Shown here: piece by piece, positions 54,943-63,564 of the stretch
Layout: every line of letters starts with the position of its first letter
Numbering within the stretch: position 1 is the stretch's first letter
DNA from: a virus
Taxonomy: Duplodnaviria; Caudoviricetes
Length of the DNA stretch: 64,000 nucleotides
IMG/VR virus record: IMGVR_UViG_3300032038_000043
Coordinates: 1 to 64,000 of that record
Strand: one strand, 5' to 3'
Translations under genes and position numbers: made by a program
The notes under the pieces: model-generated
Seen by the model: only the letters and a program-made list of their open reading frames with translations
Told to the model about the DNA's origin: nothing
Database searches by the model: none

Positions 54943-55251
54943 CTACATGCGAGACCATCTCGGGCCCCCTTCCCCGATGAAGCGCACGTTGTGCTTGACG
55001 CGTGCCTTCTCGACCCAGAAGCCCTCCGTCCCCTCGAGGTTGCGGAACCTCACCGCGCCCTTCCAAGAGACGGCCACGATGTACCCGGGCTGCCAGTCGT
55101 AGCACTCGAACTTGCGTGCCCTGCACGACCGCCCGAGCATCCATGCGTACTCTCCCGCCCCGTGGTCGCTCCTCAGCACGGTCATGACCAGCCAGACGAG
55201 GGCACCGCCGACGACGATGCCCGCTATGAACGAGCCCTCAGCCAAGCTCAT
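54943..55251 (-). CDS. membrane-anchored hypothetical protein
   Basis: N-terminal TM helix. Confidence 0.65.
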   Translation of the reverse strand: MSLAEGSFIAGIVVGGALVWLVMTVLRSDHGAGEYAWMLGRSCRARKFECYDWQPGYIVAVSWKGAVRFRNLEGTEGFWVEKARVKHNVRFIGEGGPRWSRM

Positions 55252-55480
55252 CCCTCACCTTCCTTCCCCGCTCGCCACCGAGCGACGTGTCCCTTATCAC
55301 GTATGCGTTCTCGAGCCTGTGCATGCACCACGGGGGAGTGCTCGCCGCCGTCTCGCCCGAGTGGTAGAAGCAGAAGTAATTGCCGCTGGGCGCAGGCCCG
55401 AGCACCATACCGAGCTCGAGCCTGTCGCCGTTCTGGTAGACGAAGTACTCGCCGACCTCGAACCCCTCTACCCCCTCCAA
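55238..55480 (-). CDS. hypothetical protein
   Basis: FEVGEYFVYQNG...ELG...YHSGETAASTP; start uncertain. Confidence 0.6.
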   Translation of the reverse strand: MEGVEGFEVGEYFVYQNGDRLELGMVLGPAPSGNYFCFYHSGETAASTPPWCMHRLENAYVIRDTSLGGERGRKVRDELG

Positions 55481-56448
55481 GGCTTCACGTCCATGACCTC
55501 GTAGCGCTTGTCGATACCCGCGAACTCCAGCGCGGAGTTGAGCGTGTCGACCGTCTTGGTCGCCGTCTCCATGTCGGAGAACAGCGCGTGCGGCCCCTTG
55601 TCGGCCATCCACGTGACGTACATCTCCTCGGGGAGCCCGTCAGCACGCTTCGTCGCGAGGTCGAGCGCCCTGTCCGCGAGGCGGTTCCATGCGTCACGCG
55701 AGATGTGCACGTCGGCGTCGGAGCGGAGCTCGGACAGCGCGTAGAGCGGGATGTCGGACTCGCACACTTCGTTCACGAAGTCGGTCATGTCGGCGTCCAC
55801 GGGCGCGTCGCTCCTGACCTCGTCGACCGGCACTGGCAGCGTGAGCCCCGCGATGTAGGCGAGCAGGCATTCCCAAGCTACCGTGTCCATGCAGACCTTC
55901 TCAGCCCCGCCGAGGTCGGCACGCAGCATCTCGGCGACGTCAGACGGCGTCATGCCACTGCGAATCGGCAGCCTGTGCGACACGTCCTTGTACTCGGGCG
56001 TGGCGACGAGCTCCTCGTGCGCCTGCTCGACAGCGGCCACCTTCGCGTCCTCCGCCCTCAGGCCTTCGCACCACCTCTCCCACTGGGCCTGCGCCGTCTT
56101 GCTGCCCGTGGCGCGGAAGACCTTCTTGGCCATCTTCCCGTTCGTTCTCCTGCAGGTGCCCTCATAGACGTCCATCGACGTGTTGACGAGGCGACCGTTC
56201 TCCTTGTCCCCTGCGACTACCTTCTCTGCCATCCTCTGCTCACGCTCCATCTCATGCTTCTCTGCGAGCTCGTACTTGCGCTTAATCTTGCTGATGGTCG
56301 CCACGGACAGACCAAGGTCAGAGGCCACCGTCTTCTGGCTCAACCCCTGCGCAAGGGCGTCGAGCACGTCCATCTCAATCTCAACCGTCGTCGGATGTCC
56401 TTTAGGCATGTTCCTCATTGCCTCCCTAATCTGTTGCCTTTCCGTCAT
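55468..56448 (-). CDS. N-terminal HTH protein
   Basis: GLSQKTVASDLGLSVATISKI. Confidence 0.75.
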   Translation of the reverse strand: MTERQQIREAMRNMPKGHPTTVEIEMDVLDALAQGLSQKTVASDLGLSVATISKIKRKYELAEKHEMEREQRMAEKVVAGDKENGRLVNTSMDVYEGTCRRTNGKMAKKVFRATGSKTAQAQWERWCEGLRAEDAKVAAVEQAHEELVATPEYKDVSHRLPIRSGMTPSDVAEMLRADLGGAEKVCMDTVAWECLLAYIAGLTLPVPVDEVRSDAPVDADMTDFVNEVCESDIPLYALSELRSDADVHISRDAWNRLADRALDLATKRADGLPEEMYVTWMADKGPHALFSDMETATKTVDTLNSALEFAGIDKRYEVMDVKPWRG

Positions 56449-56483
56449 TCAGCTGGTCTCACCTGCCTATATGCTCTGTGGGC

Positions 56484-56525
56484 CAACAGGAAGCCCGTCA
56501 CGGCAAACAGATGTCCGTGACGGGC
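56484..56525 (-). terminator. hairpin downstream of dUTPase
   Basis: GCCCGTCACGG/CCGTGACGGGC 11-bp stem, weak U tail. Confidence 0.5.
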
Positions 56526-56574
56526 ACTTAGTCGAACTTTTGTTTTGGTGGGCAAATTCATGCCCCGTGGCTCG

Positions 56575-57045
56575 TTAGACGGTGCCTGAAGAGCCGAAGC
56601 CAGTGTCCCCGCGCTCGGTGTCCGAAAGCTCGTCCACAGCCACGCACTCGCATGTGGCGTGTGGCAGGATGATGAGCTGCGCCACGCGCTCGCCACGCTC
56701 GACAGTCACGAAGCCGTTGAAGTTGGGCAGGCACTGACCGTTCGCGAAGATGTGCGACGGCGCGATGTTGTGCAGCGGCAGGAGAATCTCGCCGCGATAG
56801 CCAGAGTCGATGGTCGACGGCGTGTTGGCGAGCGTGATGCCGCGCTTCGACGCCATGCCGCTGCGTGGGACGATAGCGCCGTAGTACCCCTCTGGAATCT
56901 CGGCAGCCACGCCGGTATGCACCAGCACCGTGCCGCCAGGCGCTATCTCGACCGTGTCCCTCGTGGTCAGGTCCATACCCGCATCGCCAGGCTTGGCGTG
57001 GAAGGGGAGCGGTGCCCCGTCCGTGAGCCTTACGTTAAGCCTCAT
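56575..57045 (-). CDS. dut: trimeric dUTPase
   Basis: AGMDL, PRSG, IDSGYRGE, RVAQL, RGDTGFGSSG. Confidence 0.97.
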   Translation of the reverse strand: MRLNVRLTDGAPLPFHAKPGDAGMDLTTRDTVEIAPGGTVLVHTGVAAEIPEGYYGAIVPRSGMASKRGITLANTPSTIDSGYRGEILLPLHNIAPSHIFANGQCLPNFNGFVTVERGERVAQLIILPHATCECVAVDELSDTERGDTGFGSSGTV

Positions 57046-57292
57046 TCCCTACCTCCTTGAGGTCGACGTCCGTATATCCCTGCGCAGCGAGGGCGATGCC
57101 GTACCTGACGGCGCGGAGCCAGTCGCTCGAGCTGAACAGGTCGCGTCCGATGATTGCGTCCTCGGGACACTCGGCAAGGTTCGTCGCGTAGAAAAGCTCC
57201 TTGCCGTCGTCTGGGTCGGTGACGCGCTCGAACTCGTAGTAGTAGTCGTAGCCCTCTGGTGCCTCGTACAGGAGCTCCTTGACCTTAGGCAT
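57035..57292 (-). CDS. hypothetical protein
   Basis: GGAGG RBS, CPEDAIIGRDL. Confidence 0.7.
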   Translation of the reverse strand: MPKVKELLYEAPEGYDYYYEFERVTDPDDGKELFYATNLAECPEDAIIGRDLFSSSDWLRAVRYGIALAAQGYTDVDLKEVGNEA

Positions 57293-57962
57293 CCTCCACC
57301 TCCAGTGCGTCAGCGGTCATGCTGAGGCCCTTGGCGATGGCACGCAGCTCGCTCGCCATGTTCGACATGTCATGCGGGTCACGCTCGTAGACCTTGTCGA
57401 CGAGCTTGCGGACCTGCTTCTCGTAGCGGTCGAAGTTGCGGTTGCGCAGCGCCTTGCGCAGGCAGCAGAACGCGATGCCCGCGACCCAGTCGTACGAGTC
57501 GCCGTCGTGGACCTTGGTGACGACCTTCGTGCCGTCGTCGAAGAGCACGATTGTCGCTGGGTCGTTGCAGATGACCTTCTTCGGCTTGGGCCTGAAGTGC
57601 TCCGCGAGCCTGTTGAGCCAGCCGCAGGACCTCACGCGGAACGTCACGTCCGTGGTGATGTAATCATGTGGGCTGTAGCCGCTGTCGACCTTGATTTCGC
57701 TCACCTCGGAAGGCCTGCCGAACATCTCGGTGACGAACTCGCTCGCGGCGTCCAGATACTTCTTGCATTCGATGTTGGAGTACACCCTTGACCTCTTCTC
57801 CTCGTTGTCGAGACGCTGTGCGGCAATCTCGTCCCACGTCATGTCATTCCAAAGCGACGCCTCGAGGAGCGCACGCTCCGCGAACCGCCTAATCGAGCTC
57901 TTTTCTTCGAGCGCCTGTAGCGCCCAGTACGACACGGGCACCCCGAACAGCTCGTCACGCAT
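57285..57962 (-). CDS. conserved phage protein
   Basis: KKVICNDPATIVLFDDGTKVVTK...D.YD...G. Confidence 0.75.
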   Translation of the reverse strand: MRDELFGVPVSYWALQALEEKSSIRRFAERALLEASLWNDMTWDEIAAQRLDNEEKRSRVYSNIECKKYLDAASEFVTEMFGRPSEVSEIKVDSGYSPHDYITTDVTFRVRSCGWLNRLAEHFRPKPKKVICNDPATIVLFDDGTKVVTKVHDGDSYDWVAGIAFCCLRKALRNRNFDRYEKQVRKLVDKVYERDPHDMSNMASELRAIAKGLSMTADALEVEDA

Positions 57963-58203
57963 CCGCGGCCTCCTTGCAGCGCGTCAGGTACGGCACGCCT
58001 CCGAGCACCCTGAGCCTCAGCTTCCTCGGGTACTTGACGCTGATACACATCCGTATCTGGCTTATGTGCCTGTTCTCGAGCTCGATGTCGTCAATCCTCG
58101 AGCAGTCCGAGCCGGAGTCTAGGAACTCCTGTATCATCGGCTGCCAGTCGAGGTATTTAGGCCCCGCCTTCTTGAGCGGGGTGTCGCATGGTGTCAGCTT
58201 CAT
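57955..58203 (-). CDS. hypothetical protein
   Basis: AAGGAGG RBS; similar to 47321-47548. Confidence 0.7.
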   Translation of the reverse strand: MKLTPCDTPLKKAGPKYLDWQPMIQEFLDSGSDCSRIDDIELENRHISQIRMCISVKYPRKLRLRVLGGVPYLTRCKEAADA

Positions 58204-58275
58204 GCGCCCCTCCTTAATGAGAGGGGAGACCCGAAGGCCTCCCCAACTGTGTTGCTGTGTTTTCTTGACTACCTG

Positions 58276-58845
58276 TTAAAATGGAATATCATCGCTTTCG
58301 TACAGGTCGGGCTGCTGCGCAGGCATCGGGGCCTGGTTCGGGTAGAACGTCTGCTGCTGGTACGCAGGGGCCTGCGGCATCTGCGCCGTCGGTGCCGCGT
58401 ACTGCTGGGTGGGGGCGGCGTACTGCTGCGGTGCCTGCTGGTACGTAGGTGCCTGCTGGTACGTGGGAGCCTGCTGATGCGTTGGGGCTTGCTGGTACGC
58501 AGGGGCCTGCTGGTTGTTGCGAGGCGAGAGGAACTCGACCTCCTCGACGATGACCTCCAGCTTGCTTCGCTTGCTGCCGTCTTTCTCCCATGAGCTATAG
58601 CGGAGCTTGCCGTCGATTGCGACCTTCGTGCCCTTGGACAGGAAGCGGCTGAGCGGCTCTGCGCGTGAGCCAAAAACGGTGCAGTCGACGTAGTTGGGAA
58701 CCTCCTCCCACTCGCCAGTCTGCGGGTTCTTGCGCCTGTCGTTGACGGCGACCCCGAACATCAGGACGTTGGTGCCGCCAGCCGTCATCTTGAGCTCAGG
58801 GTCCCTCGTCAGGTTCCCGCTGATGCTTACGCGATTCAAGCTCAT
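58276..58845 (-). CDS. ssb: single-stranded DNA-binding protein
   Basis: GNLTRDPELK OB fold, QQAPTY linker repeats, DDIPF tail. Confidence 0.97.
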   Translation of the reverse strand: MSLNRVSISGNLTRDPELKMTAGGTNVLMFGVAVNDRRKNPQTGEWEEVPNYVDCTVFGSRAEPLSRFLSKGTKVAIDGKLRYSSWEKDGSKRSKLEVIVEEVEFLSPRNNQQAPAYQQAPTHQQAPTYQQAPTYQQAPQQYAAPTQQYAAPTAQMPQAPAYQQQTFYPNQAPMPAQQPDLYESDDIPF

Positions 58846-58895
58846 ATCTATATCCTCCTACTCTGCGCGAATCCATCGCGCAACGTTTGCCTGCC

Positions 58896-59708
58896 CTATT
58901 GCCTGCTGCCGTAGATTCGCATGTCGGGACCGTCCGTCACGAGCTCGACGAAGTACCCCTTGAGCCTCGAGCCGATGCTCGTCGCGTCATCCTCGTCGAA
59001 CTCGGAGAGGAGCGCGGAGCGCATCAGCTGCGACGTGATAATGGTCGGTAGCATGTTCGCGCATCGGTCGTTGAGCACACGCCAGAAGCGCGACGCGTTC
59101 TTGTCGTCGACCACCTCCTTGCCGAGGTCGTCTATGACCAGCAGCGGGCACGTCGTGAACGTCTGCATCATCTGCTCGTGCGTGACCCCGGTGCCGTACG
59201 TGGACGCCAGAAGCGACATCATCTGCGGAGCCGTGACGAACCTCGGGTCACCGTATGGGTTGCCCTTCATCCACCCCTTCAGCGCGGAGCATGCGTGCGT
59301 CGTCTTCCCCGTGCCGACTGGCCCGTGGATGTACAGGCCGTAGCCCTTGGCGAACTGCTCGTTGTATCGCTCGTCGGTTATGACGCCGAGGAACATCCGA
59401 GGCACGCCAGCCTTGGCCATCCGCGCCACCACGCGCTGGTAGCCCATCTCGACGATGCGCTCCTCCTCGTCGGGAAGGAGCTTCCCGTTCTTCCCGCTGG
59501 TCTCGCACATGTGGAGGTACTTCTCCTCCTTCGTGCGCACCACCACGCCGTCGACGACGGTGTCGGTGAGAAGCCCGAGCGAGACCATCTCGTAGAAGTC
59601 GACCGAGTTGGCGGCCCACAGCTCCTCGTTGGTCGGGGCGTCGTCGTAGACGCCCTTCGCCGGGTTGAACCCCGGGTGTCTGTGGAGCAGGTCGGCTATC
59701 GTCTCCAA
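58896..59708 (-). CDS. DnaC/IstB-like helicase loader ATPase
   Basis: GPVGTGKT, LLVIDDLGKE, PTIITSQ. Confidence 0.92.
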   Translation of the reverse strand: METIADLLHRHPGFNPAKGVYDDAPTNEELWAANSVDFYEMVSLGLLTDTVVDGVVVRTKEEKYLHMCETSGKNGKLLPDEEERIVEMGYQRVVARMAKAGVPRMFLGVITDERYNEQFAKGYGLYIHGPVGTGKTTHACSALKGWMKGNPYGDPRFVTAPQMMSLLASTYGTGVTHEQMMQTFTTCPLLVIDDLGKEVVDDKNASRFWRVLNDRCANMLPTIITSQLMRSALLSEFDEDDATSIGSRLKGYFVELVTDGPDMRIYGSRQ

Positions 59709-59717
59709 TTCGTCCCC

Positions 59718-60428
59718 CTAGTCATAGATGGAGTAGTCCACGCGCCGAGCCTGTCGGCTCGTCCTCGCAGCGTTCAGGTAGCCCTCGAACTTGGGGCCGA
59801 ACAGCGTTTCTGGGCGAAGGTACTCGCGCATCTTGCGGTCCCTTGACCACAGCGCGTTCCTGTTGTCGATGACGAGCTTCATGTCGTCGACTGTGAAGCC
59901 CTCCCTCAGCCTCGCGATGACCTTCTCTCGGGTCTTCTTCGCCGACTGTCGGTAGCTCGTCCCGCACACGTCGTTGAGATACGAGACGACCTCGCCGATT
60001 TCGGTCGCGAAGTCGTCTACCGGACTATCTCTAGTACTTTCTCCTTCAGTACTTTCTATATTCAGTAATTTATTGTTTGTGCTTTCCCCAGTTGGGTTTT
60101 CCCCAGTTTGGAAAACCAAATCGTGGATTTTGTCCTCATCAGCTGGGCTCTGGAACACGTGCCAGACACATCCCGCGACCTTTCCGTTCTCGCGAACGCG
60201 CTCACGGTAGAGGTAGCCCGCATCCTCGAGCTCCTTGATTCCGCTGCGCGTCGCCGTCTGACCGTCAGGGAACATGGTGTAGAGGGCCCTCTCGGAGAAC
60301 TCCCACTTGTCGGGCCTCCCAAGCATGTACGCCAGGAGGCCCTTCGCCTTCCACGAGAGCTCCGTGCTCTCGAGTATGTCGTTGCCGACTATCGTGTACC
60401 TGTCGGCATGCACCCTGTAGATGGGCAT
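59718..60428 (-). CDS. replication initiator (N-terminal wHTH, conserved phage C-terminus)
   Basis: LSWKAKGLL...ELEDAGY; YLRPETLFGPKFEGYL. Confidence 0.9.
   Translation of the reverse strand: MPIYRVHADRYTIVGNDILESTELSWKAKGLLAYMLGRPDKWEFSERALYTMFPDGQTATRSGIKELEDAGYLYRERVRENGKVAGCVWHVFQSPADEDKIHDLVFQTGENPTGESTNNKLLNIESTEGESTRDSPVDDFATEIGEVVSYLNDVCGTSYRQSAKKTREKVIARLREGFTVDDMKLVIDNRNALWSRDRKMREYLRPETLFGPKFEGYLNAARTSRQARRVDYSIYD
60025..60132. other. probable replication origin inside the initiator gene
   Basis: AT-rich patch with AGTACTTTCT x2 and TTTCCCCAGTT x2. Confidence 0.6.
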
Positions 60429-60431
60429 CCG

Positions 60432-61025
60432 CTACTCCATCCTGTTGACCCAGCCCATGGCGGCGTCAATCTGCGCCCTCGGTCCCGTCTCGCTCGGCTC
60501 GAAGCCAAGGTCCTGCGTCATGGCCACCCACGTCGTGCCCGGGTCGTACGACCTCTGGTCGCACTTCGCGTAGAAGGCGTTGAGCATGTTCTGCCACGGG
60601 TCGGCCACCTGCTGCTGCGGTTGGCGCTGCTGCCCCGTCTGCTGGCGGGGCTGCTGGACGGTCGCGTTCGCGTCATCGTCCTCCTCGCCGACCACGCCGA
60701 AAGCTGCGCAGAGTGACTGGCGTTTGGAGTAGGTGAGCGCGGAGCCGACCTTCTGGGAGTCGCTTCCGGGTATGTGCTCGACACGTCCCAGCGTCACGGT
60801 CTCGGAGCCGTCGGTCACCTTGGTGACCATCCACGAGCGGCCCTCGCTCACCTCGACCTCGTTCCACATGAAGAGGCCAGCCTCGTTAAGTGGGCCCCTA
60901 ACGCATGCGATGATGCTGGACAACGTCGCGTACTTCGTGTTGAAGCGCGGGTTCACCTTGTCCAGCTTCGGGTTGCCCATCTTCGACTGGGCATTGATGA
61001 GTCTCGCCCAGATTCCGTCGGACAT
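60432..61025 (-). CDS. ERF-family single-strand annealing protein
   Basis: NP.F..KYA.L; GSALTYSKRQSL...EDDD. Confidence 0.92.
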   Translation of the reverse strand: MSDGIWARLINAQSKMGNPKLDKVNPRFNTKYATLSSIIACVRGPLNEAGLFMWNEVEVSEGRSWMVTKVTDGSETVTLGRVEHIPGSDSQKVGSALTYSKRQSLCAAFGVVGEEDDDANATVQQPRQQTGQQRQPQQQVADPWQNMLNAFYAKCDQRSYDPGTTWVAMTQDLGFEPSETGPRAQIDAAMGWVNRME

Positions 61026-61531
61026 TACGCGTCACCTTCCTCAAGCTCGCTCCCGCTGCCTGGCAGCAGCCTGTCCATCGACGCGCCAAGCACCTCGGCG
61101 ACCCTCTTCTTCGTGTCGTCGCTCGGCTTGACGTTGAAGAATCGGAACGTCTTCGGCGTGTCGGGCTCATGTGTCTCGACCGTCCCACACCCGTCCATCA
61201 CGGCACCGGACTCGTAGAACCAGTCCTCGGCGAACTGCGCCTTGTGCTCGGGCCACCACGTCGTCTTGAACCACTCCATGGCGTCTTCGTCCTTGTCGGC
61301 CATGAGCAGTGACTCGTCGTCGACCACGAACTCGACCCTCGTCGCGCCCTGCGTGGCTTGGAAGAAGCTCGCGTAAATCGAGCCGAGCTCCGACTCGTCG
61401 CCACGCGGCATCTTCGTTCGCTCGAGCTCGGCGTCCGTGTATGCCTTGCGCTCCTTGTCGAACATGTCCTTGAAGTGGTCGCTCATCGCCTTGAGCACGA
61501 TGAGCCTGTCGACCATCTCCTGATGTTCCAT
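61025..61531 (-). CDS. hypothetical protein of the recombination module
   Basis: Coupled to the ERF gene. Confidence 0.7.
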   Translation of the reverse strand: MEHQEMVDRLIVLKAMSDHFKDMFDKERKAYTDAELERTKMPRGDESELGSIYASFFQATQGATRVEFVVDDESLLMADKDEDAMEWFKTTWWPEHKAQFAEDWFYESGAVMDGCGTVETHEPDTPKTFRFFNVKPSDDTKKRVAEVLGASMDRLLPGSGSELEEGDA

Positions 61532-61549
61532 ATCGTCCCCCTATGCTAC

Positions 61550-62017
61550 TCACATGCAGAGCTCGGCGACCTCGCCGACCGTCATCTGCACCCATCCGTC
61601 GACCGACTCGCGCTCGTTGCCGCCGAGCAGCCTGAGCGTCCTGACGGTCATCCAACACCAGTTGTCCCTGAACGACTCGGGCACGACGCCCTTCGTCGCC
61701 CTGTCCGAGCATCCTGGCTTGTGTATCACGAGGAGGGCGAAGTCCGCGCACGCCTTCGTGCGCTCCTTCTCCGTTTCCCCGAACCACTTGGAGAGCTGAC
61801 CGGCCGTCGGCCTTCGGTTCTCCTTCTTCTTCTGCCTGAACTTGTAGTTCTTGCACTCGACCGTGCCCTCGAGGCCACGGACCGCTATGCCTCCGACGTC
61901 ACCCTCGTCGTCCTTGCCATGGAGCGTCAGCCTGTGGCACGGGCCGACGTTCTGCGACCACCAGGTCTCGAACGCGACCTCAAGCCTCGACCCCTTGGCC
62001 TTGCTCGGGTTTGCCAT
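61550..62017 (-). CDS. Holliday junction resolvase (PD-(D/E)XK)
   Basis: MANPSKAKGSRLE...GD...VECKN. Confidence 0.85.
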   Translation of the reverse strand: MANPSKAKGSRLEVAFETWWSQNVGPCHRLTLHGKDDEGDVGGIAVRGLEGTVECKNYKFRQKKKENRRPTAGQLSKWFGETEKERTKACADFALLVIHKPGCSDRATKGVVPESFRDNWCWMTVRTLRLLGGNERESVDGWVQMTVGEVAELCM

Positions 62018-62186
62018 ACGTCTCCCTGTACCTCCTCACGGCCGACGTGACCGCGTTCCTGGTCACGCCGTACGCCCTCGCTATGTCGTCGGAGTCGCAG
62101 CCATGGTCGAGGGCCCGCATCCATATCGCCGTGCGGTAGTAGCGCTCGCCGGGGTCAGCCCTCGGCAGCCCGTAGCGGTCAATCAC
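61980..62186 (-). CDS. small HTH protein
   Basis: IARAYGVTRNAV. Confidence 0.65.
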   Translation of the reverse strand: MIDRYGLPRADPGERYYRTAIWMRALDHGCDSDDIARAYGVTRNAVTSAVRRYRETYGKPEQGQGVEA

Positions 62187-62364
62187 CGTCCATCACCGAC
62201 CTTGCCTTGGTGACGTTGACCCCGTCGGCCTCCAGCGGCCTCGTGAGGTACGCCGAGTACACCTTCGCACGCTCCTTGCTCGTCGCCTTGACGAGAGCGC
62301 CGACCTTCGTGTCCATCTCGCAGAGCGGGATGCCGCCCAGTAGCGAGAGCTGTCCATCCTGCAT
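62179..62364 (-). CDS. hypothetical protein
   Basis: AAGGGGG RBS. Confidence 0.6.
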   Translation of the reverse strand: MQDGQLSLLGGIPLCEMDTKVGALVKATSKERAKVYSAYLTRPLEADGVNVTKARSVMDGD

Positions 62365-62405
62365 TACAATCCCCCTTGTGCCCTGTCGTCAGGGCGTCTC
62401 GAAAC

Positions 62406-62458
62406 GGCCCTCTCTCGTGACTTCCTGCCAAAGTCCTCACGAGAGGGGCCTGTTTTTT
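62406..62458 (+). terminator. long hairpin with a plus-strand T tail (antisense to early genes)
   Basis: GGCCCTCTCTCGTGA/TCACGAGAGGGGCC then TGTTTTTT. Confidence 0.55.
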
Positions 62459-62697
62459 CTCTTCTCATCAGTCCCGACCAACTATGTCCGTACGCCACCT
62501 ACCGACGCCCTCGAGCGCCAGCTATGCGCGTCCCTTGGTCAACGTCATCCGTCTCTTCTGTCGGGACCTTCACGCTATTCTTCGCGGCGGGTCGCCCCGC
62601 CTGCCTATACGGCTGCCCTCGGCCACTTCGGTGCCACCTCATGGCGGGCGTTTGTCAAGGAACCTCTATCGGAAATGCCTTTCGGCGGTGAAATGCT

Positions 62698-62774
62698 TGG
62701 TGCGCACGGCAGGATTTGAACCTGCGACCCTCGGTTTAGGAAACCGACGCTCTGTCCTGCTGAGCTACGTGCGC
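62698..62774 (-). tRNA. tRNA-Arg(CCU)
   Basis: GCGCACG/CGTGCGC acceptor, loop TTCCTAA, CCA encoded. Confidence 0.95.
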
Positions 62775-62775
62775 T

Positions 62776-62866
62776 TGGTGGGGGCCCTGGGAGTTGAACC
62801 CAGCTGCAAGTCTCCTCGCACTCTCCGGTTATGAGCCGGGGCCCGTATCCGCTGGGGCAGACCCCC
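62776..62866 (-). tRNA. tRNA with CAU anticodon and long variable arm (Met/Ile2/other)
   Basis: GGGGGTC/GGCCCCC acceptor, loop CTCATAA, variable stem TGCGAG-GAGA-CTTGCA, T arm CTGGG-TTCAACT-CCCAG, ACCA end; 91 nt. Confidence 0.88.
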
Positions 62867-62868
62867 GT

Positions 62869-63099
62869 CTACGCACCCTTCGGGTGCCTGTTAACCTCGG
62901 GGAGCGACTCGTACAGCTCCCTCGGGTCGACTCCGAGCGTGTCGGCCAACGTGAACAGCTCGTACGCCGTGAACTGTGTCCTGCCGCTCTTCTTGTTCCA
63001 GAAGGACACGCGGGATATGCCAAGCAGGTCGGCGAAGTACTGGTCGTTCACGCGATACACGGCCTTGTGCACTCGTATTTCGGTTTCAAAATCAATCAC
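62869..63099 (-). CDS. Cro-like HTH regulator
   Basis: FADLLGISRVSFWNKKSGRTQFT..EL..LA; AAGGAG RBS; first gene of the early arm. Confidence 0.85.
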   Translation of the reverse strand: MIDFETEIRVHKAVYRVNDQYFADLLGISRVSFWNKKSGRTQFTAYELFTLADTLGVDPRELYESLPEVNRHPKGA

Positions 63100-63136
63100 T
63101 GACTGCTCTCCTTCGTCACATGAATGATTTTCAGGC

Positions 63137-63173
63137 AAAACGAAAAAAGGCTGTCGTCCTAAGACAACAGCCT
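63137..63173 (-). terminator. intrinsic terminator upstream of the cro-like gene
   Basis: AGGCTGTTGTC-TTAG-GACGACAGCCT-TTTTTCGTTTT on the minus strand. Confidence 0.7.
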
Positions 63174-63386
63174 GTTTTGACCTAAAAACTAGGTGTTAAA
63201 TTGGTTGAATAAGTGTGGTAAAATCGCAGGTAGAGGCAGGTACCGTTCACCGATTAATAATTTAACTACTTGTCTCTTGATGTCAGAGGTGTGAAAGAGA
63301 GTTTTGAGAGGGGGGAGCCGACCTGCATCAAGGATTGAACCATTGGATTGCAGGTTAACTCAGTGGAAAGACGTGAGGGAATAGTC

Positions 63387-63395
63387 TGCTATAGT
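63387..63395 (+). promoter_or_regulatory. extended -10 promoter of tRNA-Phe
   Basis: TG-C-TATAGT, 20 nt before the tRNA. Confidence 0.6.
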
Positions 63396-63415
63396 AACTA
63401 CTCGCTGACGCACTC

Positions 63416-63491
63416 GGCTGGGTAGCTCAGTTGGTAGAGCAGGGGACTGAAAATCCCTGTGTCGGGGGTTCGACTCCCTCCCCAGCCACCA
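63416..63491 (+). tRNA. tRNA-Phe(GAA); probable att core
   Basis: Canonical 76-nt cloverleaf, loop CTGAAAA, CCA; adjacent to integrase. Confidence 0.96.
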
Positions 63492-63564
63492 TTTGCGTCC
63501 TTACGTCACCATGATGTGACCTCCTTTCCGATAGTAAAATCGTTGATGTTCGTCGGCGAACAAC

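Noticed and set aside
54922-56520. 532-aa plus-strand ORF
   Set aside because: Antisense to well-formed coupled early genes; no recognisable motifs
62455-62570. Hammerhead ribozyme (CTGATGAG after a stem on the minus strand)
   Set aside because: No stem II or correctly placed GAAA/UH core
62653-62658. Minus-strand TTGACA as a -35 promoter box
   Set aside because: No -10 at 16-18 nt spacing
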